From a virus (taxonomy: Duplodnaviria; Caudoviricetes), in the IMG/VR virus record IMGVR_UViG_3300028854_000488: a stretch of DNA of 64,000 nt, one strand, 5' to 3'. Positions 37,929-47,151 of this stretch are shown here, one piece after another. The position numbers and the translations under genes are program-made. How positions within the stretch are numbered: the first letter of the stretch is position 1; each line of letters begins with the position of its first letter. Under the pieces are notes generated by a model. It did not search any database, had not been told where the DNA came from, and was given only the letters and a program-made list of their open reading frames with translations.

Positions 37929-38062
37929 TGTCATTTTTATTTTTAGTAATTTAAATTTTATTTCTTCTATTCTACTGTAAAAATAATCCGTAATTCTACT
38001 ATCACAAGTTAATATAGAAATATTATAGAAACATTTAGATTTCAATGTATCTATATATTTTT

Positions 38063-38995
38063 TTATTCATATTTTTGTTTAAAAATGAATTTTTTATGAA
38101 TATAAAGAAGTAAATCTTTTATATTAATTGTATCTGATTTGTTATTTTTAAATTCATTTATAGATAAAATATCATCCAAAACTTTATATCCTTCTATTAT
38201 ATATTCATCAGATTTAGTAATAAAATATTTTTTCCAATTTTCAAAAAATATAAATATATCATTTTTATCTGCACATAAATTACCACCAAAATAATTTATA
38301 AAAATATTTACTTTATCTATAATATCTTGCTCATTAATTAATTTATTATAATCAAATGATTTTAAAATATTAAAAGATTTATACATGTAAGAATCATGAT
38401 ATAACCTATATAATTCTTCTTTAGAACACTTACAATTTATAAACATCTCCCATATCATAGTATTTCTAGCTATTAATTCGTGTTCTAATGATAAATAAAT
38501 TAATTGTAAAAAATCTATAAAATATTTATTGCTTTCATTTTTAAGTAACTCAGTATAAAATAAAGAATTTGTGAATGATTTCATATCACTTTCTTCATTT
38601 ATAGTGTAAACATCATAGATATGTCTTATTTCATGACTTATAACTGAACATAATTTATCTACATTTAAATTTATATCATCAATTATAATTGGTATTATTG
38701 TTCTATCTTTTCCTGTTACTAAATCATTTATATTTACATTTGAATAGTAAATAATATCTTTATCCTCATATCTTATTTCAGAATTCAATTTGTTAAATTT
38801 AACATCTAATTCTATGATCAAATTACAAAATTCTAATGAATTTAAATCTATATTTTTTTTAAATGATTTCGTTTGATTGCCTATAATTTGCCTTATTTCA
38901 TTAAATAACTTTTTTAATTCATCTGGAATTTCTTTATTGAATGATTCATATGTTTTTATGTATTTATTCCATAAATTTTTATTTAATATTTTCAT
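38063..38995 (-). CDS. HExxH zincin-like protein, paralog B
   Basis: VISHEIRHIYD...YLSLEHELIAR. Confidence 0.6.
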   Translation of the reverse strand: MKILNKNLWNKYIKTYESFNKEIPDELKKLFNEIRQIIGNQTKSFKKNIDLNSLEFCNLIIELDVKFNKLNSEIRYEDKDIIYYSNVNINDLVTGKDRTIIPIIIDDINLNVDKLCSVISHEIRHIYDVYTINEESDMKSFTNSLFYTELLKNESNKYFIDFLQLIYLSLEHELIARNTMIWEMFINCKCSKEELYRLYHDSYMYKSFNILKSFDYNKLINEQDIIDKVNIFINYFGGNLCADKNDIFIFFENWKKYFITKSDEYIIEGYKVLDDILSINEFKNNKSDTINIKDLLLYIHKKFIFKQKYE

Positions 38996-39077
38996 ATAAA
39001 GTTTTTATTTATATATAAAAAGATAATAAATCTAATATTAATTTTTAATATATAAACGAAATAAAATTTTTAAAATT

Positions 39078-39992
39078 ATGAAATATGTAAAAACATTTGA
39101 ATTATATCGTGACTATGATATAGATTCTGTTGGTAATCTTGCTGTTGGTAATCTTGGTGGCTATCCTAATAATAAAAAACAATTATTAGCTTATATAGAA
39201 GCTGGCGGCGATATTGATGTTATAGATAAAAATGGAAACACTCCTTTAATTAGATCTGTTACAAATAGCAAGAGTGAACTGACAAATATTTTAATTAAAA
39301 GTGGAGCAGATTTAAATATTCAAAATAATAATGGAGAAACAGCATTAATGAAAGCAACAAAAAATAGAGATGTCATGAGATACATTAGTTTATTGATAGA
39401 TGCTGGTGCAGATTGGAATATAGAAAAATATGACAAATTTTTATCATCTGTAGAAAATCCTATCTCTTATAGAGACAAATTATTAGCTAATATTGATTTT
39501 TTTGAGATGTTAACACCAAAATATCAAGAATTAACAAAAGAAAAATATCCAGAAAAATATAACTATTATTTAAGTAAAAAAGAAAGTTCAAATTCAAATT
39601 CAAATTCAAATTCACAGAATAATAAAGGAGATACAGCATTAATTTATGCAGTGAAAGATAGAAACATTAAACGTGTAGAATCTTTAATAAAATCTGGTGC
39701 AAATTTGAATATACAGAATAATAAAGGTGAAACAGCATTAATTATTGCTGCTCGTTATCTAAATATGAATATAATTTATAAATTGATAGAAGCTGGATCA
39801 GATTGGAATATAACTAAATATAAAGATAATACTATTCTTTCATTTAATTCTATTAATGGTGGTAAACCTTATACGCCGAGAGGTAAATTTTATGAAGAAA
39901 AAGATTTTTTTGAAATATTATCACCAAAATATCAAGAAATATTAAAAGAGAAATATCCAGAAAAATATGCTAAATATTTGGCAAAAAAATAA
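39078..39992 (+). CDS. Ankyrin-repeat protein with internal duplication
   Basis: GNTPLI/GETALM/GDTALI/GETALI repeats; two ends DFFE.L.PKYQE..KEKYPEKY. Confidence 0.85.
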   Translation: MKYVKTFELYRDYDIDSVGNLAVGNLGGYPNNKKQLLAYIEAGGDIDVIDKNGNTPLIRSVTNSKSELTNILIKSGADLNIQNNNGETALMKATKNRDVMRYISLLIDAGADWNIEKYDKFLSSVENPISYRDKLLANIDFFEMLTPKYQELTKEKYPEKYNYYLSKKESSNSNSNSNSQNNKGDTALIYAVKDRNIKRVESLIKSGANLNIQNNKGETALIIAARYLNMNIIYKLIEAGSDWNITKYKDNTILSFNSINGGKPYTPRGKFYEEKDFFEILSPKYQEILKEKYPEKYAKYLAKK

Positions 39993-40070
39993 TATTCAAA
40001 TTGAAAAATAAAAAAAGCCAGAACTAATCTGACTTTTTTATTTAAAAAGATTAATATCATTTAATATCAT

Positions 40071-40634
40071 TCAATTTAAAATATTAAATAATATATATTC
40101 ATTTGACATTATCAACTTAAATGAATAATTTCCATAATCTAAATTTTCAAGTTCAATTAAATATGAACTATCGCCGTATTTTGTAGCTTTATATTCAATT
40201 GTGTTTGGATTTTTTGATTCACCTCCACCAAAAACACTACCAGTTGCTATTACAATAGATAGATATTTTTCACCTTCTGGTTCTAATTTTATAATCTTTA
40301 TAATAGTAGTAGGATCAATTGTATTATTAAAACATTTAATGATAAATTTATTGTTTTTATTTTTGAATGTGTATGAACCATTATCATGTGATAAAAATCT
40401 CAATCTTATTGTAGCTTTACCAGCAAATAACCCAACATATGGTATATAAGATGCAGCATTTGCATTATTTTTATATGTTGGTATTTGTTTTTTTAATAAT
40501 ATACCGTCGCCAATTGTGTCATTGACATATACAACATTATTTAAAAATTCAGGTTCTTTTATTTTTATTGTTTGTGTGAAAGAATTAATGCTAAAAATAA
40601 TTAACATTATTAAAAATAATATATTTTTTTTCAT
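40071..40634 (-). CDS. Secreted or membrane-anchored hypothetical protein
   Basis: Signal-like MKKNILFLIMLIIFSINSFT; follows the promoter at 40693-40724. Confidence 0.6.
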   Translation of the reverse strand: MKKNILFLIMLIIFSINSFTQTIKIKEPEFLNNVVYVNDTIGDGILLKKQIPTYKNNANAASYIPYVGLFAGKATIRLRFLSHDNGSYTFKNKNNKFIIKCFNNTIDPTTIIKIIKLEPEGEKYLSIVIATGSVFGGGESKNPNTIEYKATKYGDSSYLIELENLDYGNYSFKLIMSNEYILFNILN

Positions 40635-40692
40635 ATTTGTTAGACGATAACCTATACATCGTGAGGTTTTGGATTTTAAGATTTTTGAAAAA

Positions 40693-40724
40693 CAAATATA
40701 CAAAAAAAGTTTGGATTAACCAAA
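40693..40724 (-). promoter_or_regulatory. Bacteroidota-type promoter
   Basis: TTTG-N20-TATATTTG. Confidence 0.75.
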
Positions 40725-40813
40725 CTTTTTTAAATATTTTTAATAAATTACTATACTAAAAATTATAAATATTACAATCCATATACTATTATCTTCTCAA
40801 TATTTTTAAAATT

Positions 40814-41656
40814 TTATTTTTTAAAATTATTAAAATCAGATATATATTTATTATAATCAATAACTTTTGATTTATTATATGTATTTGAAACATAAGTCTC
40901 AAAAATTTCCCAGTCTTTTTCTATTTCATTCAAAATTCTTTCAGAATTTTTTAAAAAAACATCTGATTTTAATTTAAATATTTTAAACCAGAAATTTAGC
41001 CAAGTTTCAATACTATTTGAAGTTATTGTTTTAACATCGTTTTTAATAAGTATATCATTAAAATCATCAACTTCTTTTTGTTTTAATTGTGAAACAAGAA
41101 TACTCATTTTTATATTTTTTATATTATCATATAATTTATATGTTTCCCAATCTTTTAATCTTAATATAGCATCATCTTTTGAACATCTACCTTCACTTTT
41201 AATATAAATATAAGTTTGAGCAACATTAGCATTAACTTCATTGTCCAATGTTTTATAAAAAATATCAGTAATAAATTCCATTGCATTAGACATAGAATAA
41301 TTTTTAAATTTTAATAAAGATGTTTTTATTTTATTATATTTTGGATAGTCCTTATCTCCAATACCTAAAATTTCTATAACATGAGTTAGCTCATGCGATA
41401 TATTTTCCTTAACTCTATTTTCATTACCATTTGTTGGTATTCCAATATTAACTATAATATTATTAGGTTTAATAATTTTAATGTTTGAGTAATAACTATT
41501 TATATTGTTAAAAATTATTGTAATATCTCTATATCCAATATCATCACGTCCAAATTTTAATATGTGAGATGAATATGAATTATTAATAAATAATTTCCAT
41601 ATATTGTTTACTTCGTTCTTTATTATATCTGATATACCTTTACCCTCATTTAACAT
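40814..41656 (-). CDS. HExxH zincin-like protein, paralog C
   Basis: NISHELTHVIE...YKTLDNEVNAN; MLNEGKG. Confidence 0.6.
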   Translation of the reverse strand: MLNEGKGISDIIKNEVNNIWKLFINNSYSSHILKFGRDDIGYRDITIIFNNINSYYSNIKIIKPNNIIVNIGIPTNGNENRVKENISHELTHVIEILGIGDKDYPKYNKIKTSLLKFKNYSMSNAMEFITDIFYKTLDNEVNANVAQTYIYIKSEGRCSKDDAILRLKDWETYKLYDNIKNIKMSILVSQLKQKEVDDFNDILIKNDVKTITSNSIETWLNFWFKIFKLKSDVFLKNSERILNEIEKDWEIFETYVSNTYNKSKVIDYNKYISDFNNFKK

Positions 41657-41776
41657 ATACTTATTCTATTTTTATTATATATTAAAGAATATATGTTATA
41701 TTATTAAAAAATCAGAATAATTACTATTGATTTTTAATTTTACTAATTATTCTCAATACTAATATCTTCACAATAT

Positions 41777-42040
41777 TTATATCATTTCATATGTTTTTTG
41801 ATACATATGTTCAATTTTATTAAGTTCTAATATATCATAAATATCATCAGTTTCCATAGATATAAATGAAGTATCATCTTCATTTAATAATGATAATAAT
41901 TTTTCAAATTTTATTTTGAAAAAATCACGAGTTTTTTCATTAACATCTAAGACATCCCAATAAAAATCCCAAGTATCATTAGTTTTAACTAATGCAGAAC
42001 AACAAAATTCAAATTCTTTTTTTAATTCTTTTTTATTCAT
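41777..42040 (-). CDS. Hypothetical protein
   Basis: 87-aa ORF. Confidence 0.55.
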   Translation of the reverse strand: MNKKELKKEFEFCCSALVKTNDTWDFYWDVLDVNEKTRDFFKIKFEKLLSLLNEDDTSFISMETDDIYDILELNKIEHMYQKTYEMI

Positions 42041-42498
42041 ATTTTTGTTTTTAATTCTATTATATTTTTTACATCAATAGTTTTTTGACCTGGTAATATT
42101 GTTATTATATTAATATTCAAATTATTAGAAATATTAACAATTATAGTAAAATTATATTCTGAAAACCATAATGAGTATTTTCCATTATTCTTAATATAAT
42201 CATAATTATTAATAAATAATTCATCTAATCCTTTACTAATTAATGTATTTAATTCTGTTATATTTTTTAACGAAGTTCTTTCTTTAAATCTTTTTATTAA
42301 ATCATGCTTAATTGTGTGATTCCAATTTATATTCAACCTAATCTTTTTATTATCTATTCTTTTAGAGATAGTTTTATTTTTTATAAAATTATCTGTATTA
42401 ATAATTTCTTGATCACTAAAAGTGACTCCAGTACCTTTAATTATAGATATATCTGATAATCTTGCTTCATTAAATAATTTAAAATTTAATATCCTCAA
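42037..42498 (-). CDS. Hypothetical protein with CTS-like N-terminus
   Basis: MRILNFKLFNE (TTG start). Confidence 0.6.
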   Translation of the reverse strand: MRILNFKLFNEARLSDISIIKGTGVTFSDQEIINTDNFIKNKTISKRIDNKKIRLNINWNHTIKHDLIKRFKERTSLKNITELNTLISKGLDELFINNYDYIKNNGKYSLWFSEYNFTIIVNISNNLNINIITILPGQKTIDVKNIIELKTKI

Positions 42499-42519
42499 AG
42501 TACGATTTTTAAGTATATA

Positions 42520-42678
42520 TTATTTTTTTATTTTACTAATTATTATTTTCTCAATATATTCAGAATAATTCTCAATCCCATTATCCTCACAATATTTTTG
42601 CCAAAGTTCATACACTTCAGGATCAATAGATACTGATAACTTTTTTCTTTTCTTATCTTCTGGCACAGTCTTTCTCAT
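42520..42678 (-). CDS. Ribbon-helix-helix-like protein (52 aa, not in track)
   Basis: MRKTVPEDKKRKKLSVSIDPEVYELWQKYCEDNGIENYSEYIEKII. Confidence 0.6.
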   Translation of the reverse strand: MRKTVPEDKKRKKLSVSIDPEVYELWQKYCEDNGIENYSEYIEKIIISKIKK

Positions 42679-42809
42679 GACATATATAATAAAATTATTT
42701 TAAAATGTTTTATTTTTATTAAACTTTTTCTTAATAATTAACTACAATTATTATAAAATTGTCAAAAAATGATTTTTGTATATTAATATATACAATAAAA
42801 ATAATAATT

Positions 42810-42992
42810 ATGAGAAGAAAAATAGAAAAAAAGAAAATGACATTTTCAATATCATTTGATCCAGATATATTAAATACTGTAAATAATACAATAGCAAATA
42901 GATCAAAATATATACAAAATATTATGATAGATGAAATGTGCAAAAATTATGAAATAAAAGAAGAACTAAAAAATAAACATATTATATTATGA
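42810..42992 (+). CDS. Ribbon-helix-helix-like protein
   Basis: FSISFDPDIL...NRSKYIQ...KHIIL; ATG at 42810. Confidence 0.6.
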   Translation: MRRKIEKKKMTFSISFDPDILNTVNNTIANRSKYIQNIMIDEMCKNYEIKEELKNKHIIL

Positions 42993-44287
42993 AGTGGACT
43001 AAGGAAATGTTGCAGGAAGAAGCAAACAAATATACAAATAGAATGGAATTTAGAGAAAATAGCAAAGCGGCTTACAGATATTCATATAGAAATCATATAA
43101 TGAATGAATTATTCGAAAAACATATAAATAAAGGATATATTATAACATGGACTAAAAAAAAATTAAAATATACCAACAAGCAGTTACAAGAAGAGGCTAA
43201 TAAGTATTTTACTCGTGGAGAATTTATTAAAAATAATAAACCTGCGTATCAATATTCATGTAGCAAAAATATGATAGATGATTTGTTTAAAAATCATAAA
43301 AATAATGGATATTATATAAAATGGACTGATGAAAAATTACAAGAAGAGTCTAATAAATATTGTACTAGATGTGAATTTCAACAAAAATCGAATGGTGCAT
43401 ATTTATCTGCAGTTAGAAGAAATCTGATGGATGATTTATTTAAAAATCATAATAATAATGGATATTCAGATAAATACTCTAAAAATTATATTTATTTTGT
43501 TTATGTTTATGAATTGATAGATTATAATAAAGCTTATATTGGATTGACTATTAATATTGATAGAAGAGACAAAGAGCACGTATTTGATCAAAATGAAAAA
43601 TTAAATAAATTTTGTAAAGAATCTAATATTTCATATCCAAAATATAAAATATTAGATTCTAATTTAAATTCAATAGATGCTAAAGAAGCTGAAATATTTT
43701 GGATTGATTATTATAAACAAAATAATTGGAAATTATTTAATATTGCGAAAGGAGGTTCTTTAGGTGGCAAACCTTTTAAATGGACCGAAAATAAATTAAT
43801 AAAATACGTTAAAAAATATAAAACTAGAGGAGATTTTTGTAATGATAACGAATCTGCATATAATTCTGCAAATAGATTAAAAATAATGGACAAATTATTC
43901 GAAAATCATATAAATAGTGGTTATACTAATAGACAAGTTAAAGAAGGATATTGGACGAAAGAAAAAATACAAGAAGAAGCTAACAAATATAATACTATAA
44001 TGCAATTTAGAAAAGAATGTAGTAAAGCATATCATGCGGCAAGTAATTTAAAAATAATTGATGAATTATTTAAAAATCATATTAATCAAGGCAGGACAGC
44101 AAAGCATAAATATTATTGGACAACAGAAAGATTACAAGAAGAAGCTAACAAATATAAAACAAGAAATGATTTTAGAAAAAATGATATAAACTCTTATAGT
44201 TATTCTAAAACTAAAAAAATATTAAATGAATTATTTAAAAATCATATAAATCAAGGATATATTCAAAAACAAAAAAAGTCAGAATAA
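42989..44287 (+). CDS. GIY-YIG endonuclease with six WT.E.LQEEANKY repeats
   Basis: IYFVYVYEL..YNKAYIGLTINIDRRDKEH core. Confidence 0.75.
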   Translation: MKWTKEMLQEEANKYTNRMEFRENSKAAYRYSYRNHIMNELFEKHINKGYIITWTKKKLKYTNKQLQEEANKYFTRGEFIKNNKPAYQYSCSKNMIDDLFKNHKNNGYYIKWTDEKLQEESNKYCTRCEFQQKSNGAYLSAVRRNLMDDLFKNHNNNGYSDKYSKNYIYFVYVYELIDYNKAYIGLTINIDRRDKEHVFDQNEKLNKFCKESNISYPKYKILDSNLNSIDAKEAEIFWIDYYKQNNWKLFNIAKGGSLGGKPFKWTENKLIKYVKKYKTRGDFCNDNESAYNSANRLKIMDKLFENHINSGYTNRQVKEGYWTKEKIQEEANKYNTIMQFRKECSKAYHAASNLKIIDELFKNHINQGRTAKHKYYWTTERLQEEANKYKTRNDFRKNDINSYSYSKTKKILNELFKNHINQGYIQKQKKSE

Positions 44288-44302
44288 TTATTCTGACTTT
44301 TT
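44271..44302. terminator. Perfect palindrome identical to 32760-32787
   Basis: AAAAGTCAGAATAATTATTCTGACTTTT between convergent genes. Confidence 0.75.
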
Positions 44303-44323
44303 GTTTTTGAATTATTTTAAAAA

Positions 44324-46195
44324 TTAGTGAACTTCTTCGAAATCCACGTCATTTATGTTTTCAGATTCATCTTTATTAGTTGATGTACTTTCATTAGTTG
44401 ATTGATTATTATTCTCTTCGTAAAGCTTAGAACTTATATTTTGCCAAGTATCATTCAATTCTTTACTATATTTATCAATATCATCCAGATTTTGAGTTTT
44501 GTGAGCTTCTTTAAGATTATCAAGCTTAGAATTCAATTCAGTTTTATTTGATTCATTCAATTTATCGCCATATTCTTCAATTTGTTTTTCAGTTTGAAAA
44601 ATCATAGCATCTGCTTGATTAAGTTTATCAATCTTTTCTTTTTCTTTTTTATCTGATTCCGCATTTTGCTCAGCTTCCATCTTCATTTTTTCAATTTCTT
44701 CTTTTGTTAAAGATGATTTACCTTCTATTCTAATATCATTAGATTTACCAGTTGCTTTATCAACTGCTTTAACTGTCAAAATTGAATTGCTATCTAAACT
44801 GAATGTAATTTCAATCTGTGGTGTGCCTCTACGAGCAGGTGGAACATCAAGTGAAAATGTGCCTAAATGTTTATTGTTTTTGTATAGAGGTCTATCTCCA
44901 GTACAAACATTTACCTGTACGCTTGGTTGTGAATCTGATGCTGTACTAAATACTTGACTCTTAGATGTCGGGATCGTAGTATTTGCGGGAATCATGATAG
45001 TAGCAATTTCACCCATTGTCTCAATAGAAAAGTTCAACGCTGTTACATCAAGTAATAATATATCTGTATTATCTCCATTTAATACAGAACCTTGAATAGC
45101 GGCTCCAGATGCAATTGCAGTATCAGCATTTAGAGATTTATTTGCTTTTTTACCAAAGTATTTTTCAATACTTTCTACCAAATAAGGTATCCTGGTGCTA
45201 CCCCCCACTAAAATTATATCATCAAATTGTGAAATTTGTTTGTTACTTTTCTTAAGTGATGACATAATTAATTTCATTGTTTTATCAACATAAAATTGAA
45301 TTAATTGCTCAAATTTAGCACGAGTAATAATTTTATTTAAATGTCGTGGTTGTCCATCTACCGCCGTGATGTACGGTAAGTTGATTTCAGTTTGTGTTAC
45401 ACTAGATAATTCTATTTTTGCTTTTTCTGCGGATTCAGTAATACGTTGTAGTGCCATTGAATCTTTACGAATATCTACACCAGTTTCTTTTAAAAATTCT
45501 TCAGAAACATAATCAACAATTGCATCATCAATCAAATTTCCGCCTAAATCTAAATTACCGTCTGTTGATAGTACTTCATATAAACCATCTGATACCGTAA
45601 TTGCTGAGCTATCCGTTGTACAACCACCAGCATCTATGACCATATATAGTTTATCTGTCTTATCTTTAATATTTAATGCTGCTGCTGTTGGCTCTGAAAT
45701 AATTCTATCTACTTGAAACCCAGCTATTTCACCTGCTACCTTAGTGCAACTTCTTTCATCCGAATTGAAATAAGCTGGAGTCGTTATAATTACCGAGTCT
45801 ATTTTACAAGATAGATAATCTTCTGCTGTTTTTTTCATTTTTTGAAGAATCATTGCTGAAATTTCTTCTGGCGAATATACTCTATCACCAATTTTTACTG
45901 CTGCCTTACCATTATTATCAACTATATCATAAGGACGTTTTAGATGTTTAACTTCATCATATGTTCTACCAATAAGTCGTTTAATATTAAAAATGGTATT
46001 TTTAGGATTTAATGCTGCTTGGCGTTTAGCAGACTCTCCAACTTTAATTTCTCCTGTTTTTTGATCAAATGCTACGATAGAAGGAGTTGTTAAATTTCCT
46101 TCTGCGTTTGGTATAACAACTGCTACACCTCCCTCAATGATGCTTACTACCGAATTGTATGATCCAAGATCTACTCCAATAATTTTTTTACTCAT
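44324..46195 (-). CDS. dnaK: Hsp70 chaperone DnaK
   Basis: IIGVDLGSYNS, TPSIVAF, ITTPAYF, EPTAAA, ILVGGSTRIP, LLLDV, GTPQIEITF. Confidence 0.95.
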   Translation of the reverse strand: MSKKIIGVDLGSYNSVVSIIEGGVAVVIPNAEGNLTTPSIVAFDQKTGEIKVGESAKRQAALNPKNTIFNIKRLIGRTYDEVKHLKRPYDIVDNNGKAAVKIGDRVYSPEEISAMILQKMKKTAEDYLSCKIDSVIITTPAYFNSDERSCTKVAGEIAGFQVDRIISEPTAAALNIKDKTDKLYMVIDAGGCTTDSSAITVSDGLYEVLSTDGNLDLGGNLIDDAIVDYVSEEFLKETGVDIRKDSMALQRITESAEKAKIELSSVTQTEINLPYITAVDGQPRHLNKIITRAKFEQLIQFYVDKTMKLIMSSLKKSNKQISQFDDIILVGGSTRIPYLVESIEKYFGKKANKSLNADTAIASGAAIQGSVLNGDNTDILLLDVTALNFSIETMGEIATIMIPANTTIPTSKSQVFSTASDSQPSVQVNVCTGDRPLYKNNKHLGTFSLDVPPARRGTPQIEITFSLDSNSILTVKAVDKATGKSNDIRIEGKSSLTKEEIEKMKMEAEQNAESDKKEKEKIDKLNQADAMIFQTEKQIEEYGDKLNESNKTELNSKLDNLKEAHKTQNLDDIDKYSKELNDTWQNISSKLYEENNNQSTNESTSTNKDESENINDVDFEEVH

Positions 46196-46198
46196 AAT

Positions 46199-46546
46199 TT
46201 ACTTTAATTTTTTTTTTGAATTATTAATTTTTTTTAATTTTAATTTTCTATATTCTTTTAGTGATATGAATCTTTTAACATCTAATGAAAATGAACTATT
46301 ACCAAATTCTTCAAATGATAAATTTATATATATGTAATCTAAATTACCAAAAGTTTTATAATAATCTGTTGTAAAATAATCATTATCTGATGAATACCAC
46401 ACTCTTCTGACTGTTAATATATCATATTTTTTAATATTAATATTATCTTTTTCAAATAATTTATTATTTTTTAAAAGTTTCAAATAATCATCAAATGAAA
46501 ATATATTATAATCTACAATTACTACTTTATCTCCTGATTTAAACAC
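46199..46546 (-). CDS. KOW-like protein with RKxKL tag
   Basis: MFKSGDKVV; RFISLKEYRKLKLKKI. Confidence 0.65.
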   Translation of the reverse strand: MFKSGDKVVIVDYNIFSFDDYLKLLKNNKLFEKDNINIKKYDILTVRRVWYSSDNDYFTTDYYKTFGNLDYIYINLSFEEFGNSSFSLDVKRFISLKEYRKLKLKKINNSKKKLK

Positions 46547-46770
46547 AACTTTTCAAGTTTTAATTTTCTATATTCTTTTAGTGATATGAATCTGTCTGCT
46601 CTGAAATTTCCTCCTATATTAATTAATTTTATATATTGATTAAGCATATAATAATGACCATAACTTTCTATTTTATACGTAGAATATTTTTTCAAATTCT
46701 TATATGGTTCAAATGTTTTAGTATCATTACTATCATCAATACAAACTATTATATTTCCTTCTTTAAACAT
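46522..46770 (-). CDS. KOW-like protein with RKxKL tag
   Basis: MFKEGNIIVC; RFISLKEYRKLKLEKL. Confidence 0.65.
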   Translation of the reverse strand: MFKEGNIIVCIDDSNDTKTFEPYKNLKKYSTYKIESYGHYYMLNQYIKLINIGGNFRADRFISLKEYRKLKLEKLCLNQEIK

Positions 46771-46867
46771 AATTAATATATTAATTACTTTTTATTATTA
46801 TTCAAATGTTATGCCAAACCAAAAATAATGTCAATTTGTCATATAATATGACACAATGACATCATAA

Positions 46868-47050
46868 TTAATAATACCAGCAATTTAAGCATTCATCAAT
46901 ACTATCATCAATATGAATCAATGATTGTATATCTTGTTTTCCTTCTGGAAAATATACATTATTAGAAATTTTTTCTCTTAAATCATCAATATGTTTTAAA
47001 ATATCTTCTCTAATTGTATGCTCATAAATTTTTATTTCTTCGTTTTCCAT
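46868..47050 (-). CDS. Hypothetical protein
   Basis: ATG 47050 follows the promoter at 47069-47100. Confidence 0.55.
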   Translation of the reverse strand: MENEEIKIYEHTIREDILKHIDDLREKISNNVYFPEGKQDIQSLIHIDDSIDECLNCWYY

Positions 47051-47068
47051 ATTTTTATAATTTTGATG

Positions 47069-47100
47069 CAAAGATAATACATTTTTAGATATTTACCAAA
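47069..47100 (-). promoter_or_regulatory. Bacteroidota-type promoter
   Basis: TTTG-N20-TATCTTTG. Confidence 0.75.
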
Positions 47101-47110
47101 TTTTATAATG

Positions 47111-47147
47111 AAAAAAGGATGAAAAATAATTATTTTTCATCCTTTTT
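47111..47147. terminator. Palindromic terminator after rtcB
   Basis: AAAAAGGATGAAAAATAATTATTTTTCATCCTTTTT. Confidence 0.75.
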
Positions 47148-47151
47148 GTTA

